Assembly (NCBI GenBank): GCA_029856435.1
Contig: JAHQXB010000050.1
Location: 1-14,291, forward strand
DNA: 14,291 nucleotides
Reading direction: 5' to 3'
Source: Candidatus Jordarchaeia archaeon
Lineage (GTDB): Archaea; Asgardarchaeota; Jordiarchaeia; Jordiarchaeales; Jordiarchaeaceae
The translations under genes were made by a program, and so were the position numbers. Shown in pieces: positions 1-7,641 of the stretch. Numbering within the stretch: the first letter of the stretch is position 1; every line of letters begins with the position of its first letter. Below the pieces are notes generated by a model. The model ran no database searches. It was given only the letters and a program-made list of their open reading frames with translations, and was not told the origin of the DNA.

Positions 1-159
1 CTCTGTACATTTTTCGGCTCAAACATCCTTCTTATTGGACGTATTTCGGCGTTTTTGTCTGTGGAACAACTGCCAGCAGGCTCCCATCAGGGGAGCTTAG
101 AACACTTTCCGAATGCGCACACAATAGGTAACGCCTAGATAATTATGTCGATTATTTTA

Positions 160-175
160 GAAAAAGGCTTATATT
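160..175 (+). promoter_or_regulatory. Candidate archaeal BRE-TATA promoter upstream of the acyl-CoA synthetase gene
   Basis: GAAAAAGG-CTTATATT, a purine-rich BRE-like run followed by a TATA-like box about 140 bp upstream of the TTG start. Pattern only. Confidence 0.3.
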
Positions 176-315
176 CTACTCAATCGATGTTCTTAAAAAA
201 TTAATCTCGAGTATTCTTGCTAATTATTTTTGTATGCTTCAAGAGTCAGCAAATGTGCTTTTGAAGTTGTTTACTTGTGTGAATCATTGGAAAGGCGTAG
301 AAGGAAGGTGGAAAG

Positions 316-1788
316 TTGATTCAAAAAAATAAGGAAGAGAAGTTTGTTTCTAATAGGGGGTTTACTGAGAATCTGTCGAGAAGTACAGCGTTTGGAAGTG
401 ATTTGGCTCCGTTTTTTGAGCCGAAAAGCATCGCAATAATCGGCGCCATTAAAAGCCTCTGGTTTGGAGGCTTGGTTACACTCAATAATTTGAAAAATTT
501 GGGGTATAAGGGGCAAGTTTATCTGGTGAATCCTTCGTATCCAGAGGTTGAGGGAATAAAGGTTTATCCAAATATAAAAGAAGTTCCGGACGAGGTGGAT
601 TTGGCTGTGATAATCACTTCCGCTAGGGCTGTACCGGGAATAGTTAGGGACTGTGTGGAGAAAGGGGTGAAAGGGGCGGTTATTGTGGCTGATGGTTTTG
701 CTGAGAGGGACGAAGAGGGAGCGAAGCTTCAGCAAGAAATCGTTAACATTTCCAAGCAGACTGGAATAAGACTACTGGGACCCAACACTATTGGGGTTGT
801 CAACCCCTATTCAGGCGTTATTACGACGCCTTACCCTCTGGGATACAAGAGTATTAGAAAAGGACATGTAGCGCTGGCCGCTCAGACAGGAATTATAGGT
901 GCGCAAGCATTTCCCTTTGAAGAGCTGCAGTACGGCGTCAGCAAAATATGTGATTTTAGTAACAAGTGTGACGTTAACGAGACGGATCTATTGGAATATC
1001 TGGAAGATGATCCAGATACCAAAGTAATTGCATTGCACATTGAAGATATTAGGGATGGAGCGCGATTTTTAAAAGTGGCAAAAAGAGTGGTTAAAAAGAA
1101 GCCGATCCTGATATACAAGCCGGGTAGGACCAGCGAGAGCAAAAAGGCTTTGGCATCCCACACTGGATCCATTGCGGGGAATCAGAGAATATACGAATCA
1201 GCCTTCAGACAGACTGGATTAATCCAAGTAAATTCTTTCTCAGAATTGTTACAGATTGCTAAAGCGTTCGGATACCAACCTCTTCCCAAAGGAAATAGGC
1301 TGGGTATAGTCACTATCACTGGGGGTGCTGGCATTATGGCAATAGACACGGCGGTAGAGTGGGGATTAGTTTTAGGTAAATTGTCGGATGAGAGTAACGA
1401 AAAGTTATTTAGAATTCACGCCACCATGGTTGGTAATCCCTCAGACATAGGGCCGGCAATGCCCACTCTACAGGATCCCATTACGCCTTATAAAAAAGCG
1501 ATTGAAGTTTTCTATCAAGACCCCAATGTTGACTGTTTGCTAATTACATTTTACGCCTTTCCAGGAGTCACTCCAGAACTCTACGTAAATATGCTCAAGG
1601 AAGTTCGAGGCCCTGTAGAAAAGCCAGCAGCAATCTGGATTTATGGACCTAGTAATGAGAGCATCAACAAGATTTACAAAGCTCTTGAAGCTGCGGATTA
1701 CCCTGCCTATTTGGATATAGAGATGGCTGTCAAAGCGTTAGGAGCAATGTACCAATATACCCAGATCAAATCCAAATTAGGTGCTTAA
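316..1788 (+). CDS. acdA: ADP-forming acetate/acyl-CoA ligase, alpha subunit (CoA-binding domain plus ligase domains), 490 aa
   Basis: Motifs FFEPKSIAIIGA, VYLVNP, VDLAVI, RLLGPNTIG and the phospho-His motif ASHTGSIAG (His codon 1159-1161), plus GGAG and NPSD motifs. No ATP-grasp (beta) domain is fused. TTG start preceded by AAGGTGG. Substrate unknown. Confidence 0.9.
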   Translation: MIQKNKEEKFVSNRGFTENLSRSTAFGSDLAPFFEPKSIAIIGAIKSLWFGGLVTLNNLKNLGYKGQVYLVNPSYPEVEGIKVYPNIKEVPDEVDLAVIITSARAVPGIVRDCVEKGVKGAVIVADGFAERDEEGAKLQQEIVNISKQTGIRLLGPNTIGVVNPYSGVITTPYPLGYKSIRKGHVALAAQTGIIGAQAFPFEELQYGVSKICDFSNKCDVNETDLLEYLEDDPDTKVIALHIEDIRDGARFLKVAKRVVKKKPILIYKPGRTSESKKALASHTGSIAGNQRIYESAFRQTGLIQVNSFSELLQIAKAFGYQPLPKGNRLGIVTITGGAGIMAIDTAVEWGLVLGKLSDESNEKLFRIHATMVGNPSDIGPAMPTLQDPITPYKKAIEVFYQDPNVDCLLITFYAFPGVTPELYVNMLKEVRGPVEKPAAIWIYGPSNESINKIYKALEAADYPAYLDIEMAVKALGAMYQYTQIKSKLGA

Positions 1789-1992
1789 TAAAATCATTAA
1801 AAAGTGATTCGTCTAGTTTGCGATGTGAAATAAGGGTATTTAAAAATGCGAGTTATATAAAAATTCATACTGATTAGAACATTAAATCGTCGGCAAACGG
1901 TTTACTCGGTGTTTATTTAGACTTAAAATTTATAAATAGTGACAGGGGTAAAAGGGATAGGGAAGGTCATAATGTGATTCGGTGGAGACCTA

Positions 1993-2262
1993 ATGCCTAA
2001 AGAATTTAAAGATGTTTGGGATTATTACTACACCACAAGTATGGGTAAAGAGGGAGAACAAATCATCGTAATTCATGCTACCGCACAAGCGAAAAAGCTG
2101 GCTAAGTTAGGGTTAAACGATTCAGCCAAAATTAAGAAACTCTGGCTCGACGTTATAAAACAGGTTCCCTTCTTCAACGATAATGCGGTCAGCACAGATT
2201 TCGAAATAAAAATTGAGGGGGATAGTGTCGAAGCAACTATTACAATAACCCAAAAAACATAA
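1993..2262 (+). CDS. Hypothetical protein, 89 aa
   Basis: ATG preceded by the SD-like GGTGGAG (1981-1987) and an upstream TTTATAAA box. Composition is protein-like. No family recognised. Confidence 0.6.
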   Translation: MPKEFKDVWDYYYTTSMGKEGEQIIVIHATAQAKKLAKLGLNDSAKIKKLWLDVIKQVPFFNDNAVSTDFEIKIEGDSVEATITITQKT

Positions 2263-2520
2263 AAGAACCTTCGGCAGCTCACCCTCGAAACCAAGTGGTG
2301 GAGTCTAAAGATTGGCGGATTATTTTTGCTTTTCCCAAAGGACAGTGTAATGTGAGTGCATTTTTTGAATAAGGTTACATGTATTTGTTTGTGGGCTGAG
2401 TGCATATGACGCCTCCCTGAAGCCCCATTTCCTGCTCCAAGATATAAAACAGGGTGCTAGGACACCTTTACATAAAAAACAATAAGAAACACTCATACAT
2501 CATGCTTTTTCCTAATTATA

Positions 2521-2533
2521 AAAACTTATAAAA
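2521..2533 (+). promoter_or_regulatory. Candidate BRE-TATA promoter for the longin gene
   Basis: AAAACTTATAAAA about 75 bp upstream of the TTG start. A second AT-rich box at 2541-2557 is an alternative. Confidence 0.3.
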
Positions 2534-2608
2534 CTGATTTACTTAAATTATATTAAGCGGTATACAATTCCAATCCTGAGATTATCTGTACTGGTGGTGC
2601 AATGACAC

Positions 2609-3223
2609 TTGATACATGGAATATACATAATCGAGGCCTGTAGCGGCATATGTTTAGTCTCGCGAAAGTATGGAGATGTGGAAATAGATGATGGGCTTAT
2701 AAGTGGTTTCTTAACAGCATTACAACATTTCTCCTCAGAGTTATCTATACGGAAGGATCAACCAGCAATCCTTCGAGAAGTGGAAATGAGGAGTTATAAC
2801 ATAATTTACGAAAAGCGTGGGGAAACCACAATTGTTGCATGTGTTGACAGGGGGGATAGCGAGAAGGTTCTCCGTGAGACTCTGGTCAAAATAGCGGATA
2901 ACTTTCTTGAGAGATTTAGCAATTACCTTAAGAACTGGCGGGGCGACACTAAACCCTTTAAAGAGTTTTTGCCCTTGATTGATAAATTGACCTTGGACGG
3001 CAAGATTGCTGAGCTTGCAGTTCCGAAACCACTCCTGAAAAAGAAAATTCCCAAGTCCGTGATTAAAATGGGAGTATTTTTAGAGGAGGACGCTTTTAAA
3101 GTGGCTAATTTTTGTGATGGGACAAAATCTAAACAAGAAATCGCTGAAGAAACTGGTTTTACTGTAGAAAAAGTAAGTGAAATATTGGAAAAACTGGAAA
3201 AGATGGGCTTGATTGAAATGTAG
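2609..3223 (+). CDS. Longin-domain protein with C-terminal winged helix, 204 aa
   Basis: The N-terminal ~130 aa show the longin pattern: beta-hairpin IHGIYIIE..SGICLVSRKY, helix LISGFLTALQHFSSEL, strands LREVEM/YNIIYEK/TIVACVD, then two helices. The C-terminal 46 aa FCDGTKSKQEIAEETGFTVEKVSEILEKLEKMGLI form a wHTH. SD GGTGGTG lies 9 nt before the TTG. Confidence 0.8.
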   Translation: MIHGIYIIEACSGICLVSRKYGDVEIDDGLISGFLTALQHFSSELSIRKDQPAILREVEMRSYNIIYEKRGETTIVACVDRGDSEKVLRETLVKIADNFLERFSNYLKNWRGDTKPFKEFLPLIDKLTLDGKIAELAVPKPLLKKKIPKSVIKMGVFLEEDAFKVANFCDGTKSKQEIAEETGFTVEKVSEILEKLEKMGLIEM

Positions 3224-3227
3224 CGTA

Positions 3228-3253
3228 GGCTTCTTCCCATCCTTGAGGAGGCC
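3228..3253 (+). terminator. Stem-loop between convergent genes
   Basis: GGCTTCTTC (3228-3236) pairs with GAGGAGGCC (3245-3253): 9 bp including two G.U pairs, 8-nt loop, followed by AATATTTT. Confidence 0.35.
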
Positions 3254-3266
3254 AATATTTTCAAGT

Positions 3267-4106
3267 CTACTCGATTTCTTCGTAGCGTATACCATAGTAT
3301 ATGAGGATCAGTGCAATCATGGCAAGTGCGGGCGCTAATACTATCGATAACAATGTAGACAAATATGTTTTAATTAGCGCCGCCTGAAGCACTCTGCCCA
3401 CATAGTAAATTGTGAAGCCGAATCCAAGAAGGAGGGCTCTTTTTCTAATAGTTCCAATTCCCTGCCAAGCTACATAGAAGAATATGAGGGGAATAATGAT
3501 TGCGTATACTGCTGCTAGAACATAGTTTAATGCTATGTAAATTATGCCACAAGGCTGGTAAAGAAATCCGATAATTATGGGAATCTGTGAACTAACACCA
3601 AAGTTTAGGAAGGTAATAATCGGATCCTCCAGAAAAATGAATTGTGGCACAAAGTAGTTCAACAGCTCAATTTCAAAGGAGAAAAATAGGTTTTCAGGCA
3701 CTAGGAGTATGGCAAATGCGGCGATGAATGGTACTACGGGGATTGCCCTTTGTAACATTTTATTTTCTAGCAGAGTCAGAACCATACCTAATGTGAGCCA
3801 GCCTAAAGCTATCCATTCCCAGAAGGAACCTAAACGCCAGAACCAAGGATTAATCAGGAAGAAGCCGAAGAGAGGATCTATAGAAAGTAGATAAACGCTT
3901 GGAACTAGATAGAAGTCGTAGATTACGAAGAATATTCTGCCAATGGTTAGAGATAGGAAAAACACACCTAGACTTAGCAGGAATACGTTTTTTGTCTGTC
4001 TCCATTTAAAGAAGTAGAGATAGATAAATAATAGGAGATAAAGAGAGATGTTGATAAACCATAAACCTAAACCAAGAGAATCCAAAATATATCCTGAAGG
4101 TATCAT
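3267..4106 (-). CDS. Polytopic membrane protein with about 7 TM helices and no cytoplasmic output domain
   Basis: About seven hydrophobic segments with basic loops (KWRQTK, IRKRAL). The ORF track starts at GTG 4115, but that GTG lies inside an AGGTG SD motif, so ATG 4106 is the likelier start. Confidence 0.8.
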   Translation of the reverse strand: MIPSGYILDSLGLGLWFINISLYLLLFIYLYFFKWRQTKNVFLLSLGVFFLSLTIGRIFFVIYDFYLVPSVYLLSIDPLFGFFLINPWFWRLGSFWEWIALGWLTLGMVLTLLENKMLQRAIPVVPFIAAFAILLVPENLFFSFEIELLNYFVPQFIFLEDPIITFLNFGVSSQIPIIIGFLYQPCGIIYIALNYVLAAVYAIIIPLIFFYVAWQGIGTIRKRALLLGFGFTIYYVGRVLQAALIKTYLSTLLSIVLAPALAMIALILIYYGIRYEEIE

Positions 4107-4442
4107 TACGAACACCTTAATGGATCATTTTTGACCTGCAAATTTTTCATTTTGTTGGATTCCATTTAAACTCAAAAACACTAATTAAGCAATTTATAAG
4201 AAAATAATTATCTCTTTTAATTTATGAAGGTTTTTGTATCAAGCAAAAGTGCAAAACGTGAAATAAAACTCAAAGAGTTTTCTAAAAAATTATCATAACG
4301 CGTCAAATGTGAAATTAGATTGGTTTTCAGAATCAACAAAACGGCTGAAAATCCACTCCCACTCAAAGAAAAAGGAGAAAAATAGGGAAAAAAGGCTAAA
4401 ACAAATTTAATGCTGTTAATTATAAAATGAACTTTATGAGTT

Positions 4443-5261
4443 GTGGGCAAAATGAGACTAGGATACGCGTCGGGATGCTTTTTGGAAAGGCGGAAAGGTT
4501 TTGTTATACCGCGTCCTATTCCAGATGAGTTAAAAAACTATTCGGTTGAACTCCAGGTTGGGAGGGGATATGATTATTCCGATTTTAATAATATAGTTTC
4601 AATTCACCTTCCTTTTACGCATTATAAGGAATCAAGAGTGAGGGGTACTAAAGTTTACGAGAAATTGAGAGAAGTGAACATAGCATCGATAAATCAGGAA
4701 TTCTGGGCGGAAGACCTAGCAGTCTTTAAAGAACACATCAAAGAGGCTGCTTGTAGAGGAATAAAGTATGCAGTTTTCCACTATGGCAGCTGTAATTGCG
4801 GGAGCCGACTTTGGCGTGATGAAAAACATAGAAAACTCCACTGGAACAGAGAAAAAGAGTTTCTGGAAGAGCTTTCCCAATTGGCTGAAAATAGTGGAAT
4901 CAGGTTGCTGGCCGAAAATCATCCCTATGGTGACGGGGTTTTTTTGAACCACGTTAAACACATTTCTGATATAGTTGATAACGGTTATGCAGAGATATGC
5001 TTAGATTTTCCTCACGCCTTTTATCGTTCTGTAAAATTCGGCAATGCCAGCTTGGATGAGATTATAAACAAATTCCGGGATAGCATACAAGAAATACACT
5101 TGGCGGACAACAATGGATCAAGCCATGCCCCCCTAGCACTTGATAGAGGAAGCATTGACTGGAGGAAACTTATTCCCCTCTTCAAACGTTCCCTTTTAGT
5201 CATAGTTGAGTTGAGAGAAAACCCTCTAGAATCACTAAAGAAAGCTTTGGAGGTACTATAA
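4443..5261 (+). CDS. Sugar-phosphate isomerase/epimerase / AP endonuclease family 2 (xylose-isomerase-like TIM barrel), 272 aa
   Basis: Metal-ligand motifs SIHLP, VFHYG, LLAEN, ICLDFPHA and EIHLADNNG..HAPL..G.IDW. ATG 4452 is an alternative start. Confidence 0.85.
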   Translation: MGKMRLGYASGCFLERRKGFVIPRPIPDELKNYSVELQVGRGYDYSDFNNIVSIHLPFTHYKESRVRGTKVYEKLREVNIASINQEFWAEDLAVFKEHIKEAACRGIKYAVFHYGSCNCGSRLWRDEKHRKLHWNREKEFLEELSQLAENSGIRLLAENHPYGDGVFLNHVKHISDIVDNGYAEICLDFPHAFYRSVKFGNASLDEIINKFRDSIQEIHLADNNGSSHAPLALDRGSIDWRKLIPLFKRSLLVIVELRENPLESLKKALEVL

Positions 5262-5326
5262 GAATCCAAAATGGAGTAAACATCCTGATTAATAGTTTTT
5301 GAAACAGAACCGTGACTATTTATATT

Positions 5327-6586
5327 TTACTTTGACATTATTATGGTTATTTTTTGGAACGCTCGATAAAATACATCCGCCACAGAGAAAAAGGCTCTTC
5401 CCGCTTTACTTATGAGCGAGCTCTTTTCAGGGTAGCCCCAATCATACAATGGCTTTCTTAGCAGCATTTCTAGTCCCAGCGGTATTTCCAATTTACAGCC
5501 TAGCGAAAGTTCAGAGAATTTTTGAACCCCCTTCCGCTGCAAATATTCTTCGGGATCATAAAAACTGTCCCTTCTGAGGTCTGAAACCTTTTTCAATATC
5601 TCATTCACGTATAGTTGGATTTCTCTCATTTTTTGTAGCACCTGGGAATCAAATAATTTTGTTGACTCACATTTTTTATACAATGATTTTATTTCGTCGG
5701 GAACCTTTTCAATGGGTGTTCTCCAAAGTATTTTTTCAAGCTTGGAAATTAGGCTTTTCTGCTTAGAATCTTTACTCTTTCTTTTAAGCTTTGTTAAAAT
5801 GGAGTCCAAATAAACTACGCGTTCAAGGTAACCTTCAAAATCAATGTCTAGATTATCCTTAAATTCTTGGGGTTTAATTAAATAGAACGTGTAAGGTTCA
5901 CGAGTTTCCTCCTCTGCCCCCAATTTTCTGAAAAAGTTTTTGGCGGTCTGATACAAATTGGTCAACGTTTTGGATTTACTCAAGAATGAATAAACGGTTC
6001 TCTTTAATTCGCTGTACGCTTTGAGCTCCTTATTCTTAATCAAGCCCACCGCGTGGTCTCCTGGTTTGAAGTAAAATGAATAGTTTTCAAGTGCCTTCTC
6101 AAGAGAATCGTATACCCCCAGATAATATTTAAACAGTGCGGGGTAACCGTGAGCTGCAGTATTAAAACTGTAATAAGCCCTTTTTCCCTTTTGGGAGGGA
6201 TAGGACAAAATAATGATTCGCTCCAAATCTCCAGGATGATGTACCGATGAGGGGGCAATAACAAAGCCTTTACTATAAGCCATTAAAACATATATTGTGT
6301 ATCTCTCTTCGTCCTTTTTCAATCCGGGCAGCTTAAATACGAAACCAATTTTTTCTACAAGGGCTTCTTCCTGTTTCATCCATTCCTGTGACAATAAATA
6401 GTAGGCCTTCCTGTCAATTTCTTTGGAGAAGTACTGGAAGATTCCCTTAATGTCCCTACTTTTCGCTAGGGATTCCATCTTTTCAAGGATGGATTCAACT
6501 GATTTTGAGAATTTTTTGGAAACATATTCTAGACTCTTTTTCTCGTATATCTCGTCCTTTCTAGACATATAGACTTTAACTTTCAT
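5327..6586 (-). CDS. Hypothetical Lys/Glu-rich soluble protein, 419 aa
   Basis: Long uninterrupted ORF filling the gap between neighbours. No family recognised. ATG 6568 is an alternative start. Confidence 0.75.
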   Translation of the reverse strand: MKVKVYMSRKDEIYEKKSLEYVSKKFSKSVESILEKMESLAKSRDIKGIFQYFSKEIDRKAYYLLSQEWMKQEEALVEKIGFVFKLPGLKKDEERYTIYVLMAYSKGFVIAPSSVHHPGDLERIIILSYPSQKGKRAYYSFNTAAHGYPALFKYYLGVYDSLEKALENYSFYFKPGDHAVGLIKNKELKAYSELKRTVYSFLSKSKTLTNLYQTAKNFFRKLGAEEETREPYTFYLIKPQEFKDNLDIDFEGYLERVVYLDSILTKLKRKSKDSKQKSLISKLEKILWRTPIEKVPDEIKSLYKKCESTKLFDSQVLQKMREIQLYVNEILKKVSDLRRDSFYDPEEYLQRKGVQKFSELSLGCKLEIPLGLEMLLRKPLYDWGYPEKSSLISKAGRAFFSVADVFYRAFQKITIIMSK

Positions 6587-6847
6587 ATGCTGTAAACCCT
6601 TCGTTCTAAACTGGTGAAGTTTATGGCTTGAATATTCAGCTATAGAGGACTTTAACCTAGTGTATAGAATTACTCTGTAGAATTATAAAGATAACTTATT
6701 AAAAAACTATATTTGCGATTATTATTAAAAAGTTTTAAATAATATGCTATTTCAAACACTCTTTAACGAGAATAGAAGAAAATAAAAAAGGTATTGAAAA
6801 TATGGAAGAAACTAAGAAGGATGTAATCTAGAATCGGAGGCTTATTA

Positions 6848-7423
6848 ATGAAACTGGAAGTAACATTATTCGAAAAGGCAGGAATGCAAAATACGGAGGA
6901 AACGCTCAAAATCGCGAAAAAATTTGCCGAGGAAAACAATATTAGGGATATAGTTATTGCCAGCTCCACGGGAGAAACTGCAATTAAAGCTTTACAAATT
7001 TTCGACTCAAACAAATTTAACATTGTGGTGGTTACCCATTCCTATGGTTTTGTGAAACCTGGATACCAAGAAATGCCTGACGAGACAAGAAAGAAGCTGA
7101 CGGACAAGGGCATAAAGGTATTCACAGCGGGCCACGCACTCGCAGGAGCAGAAAGAGCCTTCAGAAAGAGTTTAAACATGTGGTTACCCGTGGAACTAAT
7201 TGCCCGGTTCCTAAGATCCACTGTTTGTGACGGTTTCAAAGTATGCATAGAGATCTCCGCCATGGCTGCTGACGCCGGACTTATTCCAGTAGACAAAGAC
7301 GTAATAGCCATTGGGGGAACAGGTAAAGGTAGCGACACAGCAGTACTACTTAGACCCGCCTACTCCTCAGATCTCCTCGACACAAAGGTAAGAGCAATAC
7401 TATGTAAACCGAGAGACTTTTGA
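6848..7423 (+). CDS. MTH1675/COG1751-like conserved protein (pyruvate-kinase alpha/beta C-terminal-like domain), 191 aa
   Basis: Motifs F...G..NTEETL..A, IVIASSTGETA, VVVTH..GF, HAL.G.ER, G.KVCIEI..MAADAGLIP, IAIGGTG.G.DTA. SD GGAGG at 6836-6840. Confidence 0.9.
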   Translation: MKLEVTLFEKAGMQNTEETLKIAKKFAEENNIRDIVIASSTGETAIKALQIFDSNKFNIVVVTHSYGFVKPGYQEMPDETRKKLTDKGIKVFTAGHALAGAERAFRKSLNMWLPVELIARFLRSTVCDGFKVCIEISAMAADAGLIPVDKDVIAIGGTGKGSDTAVLLRPAYSSDLLDTKVRAILCKPRDF

Positions 7424-7454
7424 TTCCAGAGCCACTAATTAATGGCTGCTTCTT

Positions 7455-7463
7455 AATCTTTAA
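7455..7463. repeat. Left copy of 9-bp target-site duplication AATCTTTAA
   Basis: Identical to 7642-7650 and directly abuts the left TIR. Confidence 0.9.
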
Positions 7464-7641
7464 GAACTTGTTAAAAAATAAGTCTTTTTCGCAGTTTGGT
7501 TGCAATTTCTTCAAGGGTTGGGGTGGTGGTGCAAAGCCTTCCTTTAGGGTATATTTCTGCCTTGGAACCCCCAGAATCACCCATTTACACCCACGGAAAA
7601 GCCAGTCAGAAACCCTGAAAAAGCAATTTTTTAACAAGTTC
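7464..7641. mobile_element. MITE, 178 bp, non-autonomous
   Basis: Perfect 16-bp terminal inverted repeats GAACTTGTTAAAAAAT (7464-7479) and ATTTTTTAACAAGTTC (7626-7641), flanked by a perfect 9-bp direct repeat. No transposase inside. Confidence 0.9.

Noticed and set aside
1-138. Possible edge gene. On the minus strand, GTG-CAFGKCSKLP-TGA-WEPAGSC...MFEPKNVQ has its TGA in the loop of a GCTCCC/GGGAGC hairpin (80-96), suggesting selenocysteine. A plus frame is also open over 1-138.
   Set aside because: No recognisable selenoprotein motif and no SECIS visible. Too little sequence to choose between minus starts at 26 or 10 and the plus-strand tail.
271-1172. Minus ORFs 271-735 and 882-1172
   Set aside because: Antisense shadows of the well-supported acyl-CoA synthetase gene.
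2923-3894. ORFs 2923-3264 (-), 3080-3295 (-) and 3709-3894 (+)
   Set aside because: Antisense to the longin or 7TM genes, with no motifs.
4165-4450. ORF 4217-4450 (-), palindrome AAAACTC-AAA-GAGTTTT (4265-4281) and recurring ACTCAAA
   Set aside because: AT-rich divergent promoter region where such short matches are expected by chance. The ORF has low-complexity composition. The palindrome could be an operator but has no further support.
4716-7338. ORFs 4716-4961, 5021-5269, 6040-6264, 6763-7023 and 7042-7338
   Set aside because: Overlap stronger genes antisense or out of frame.
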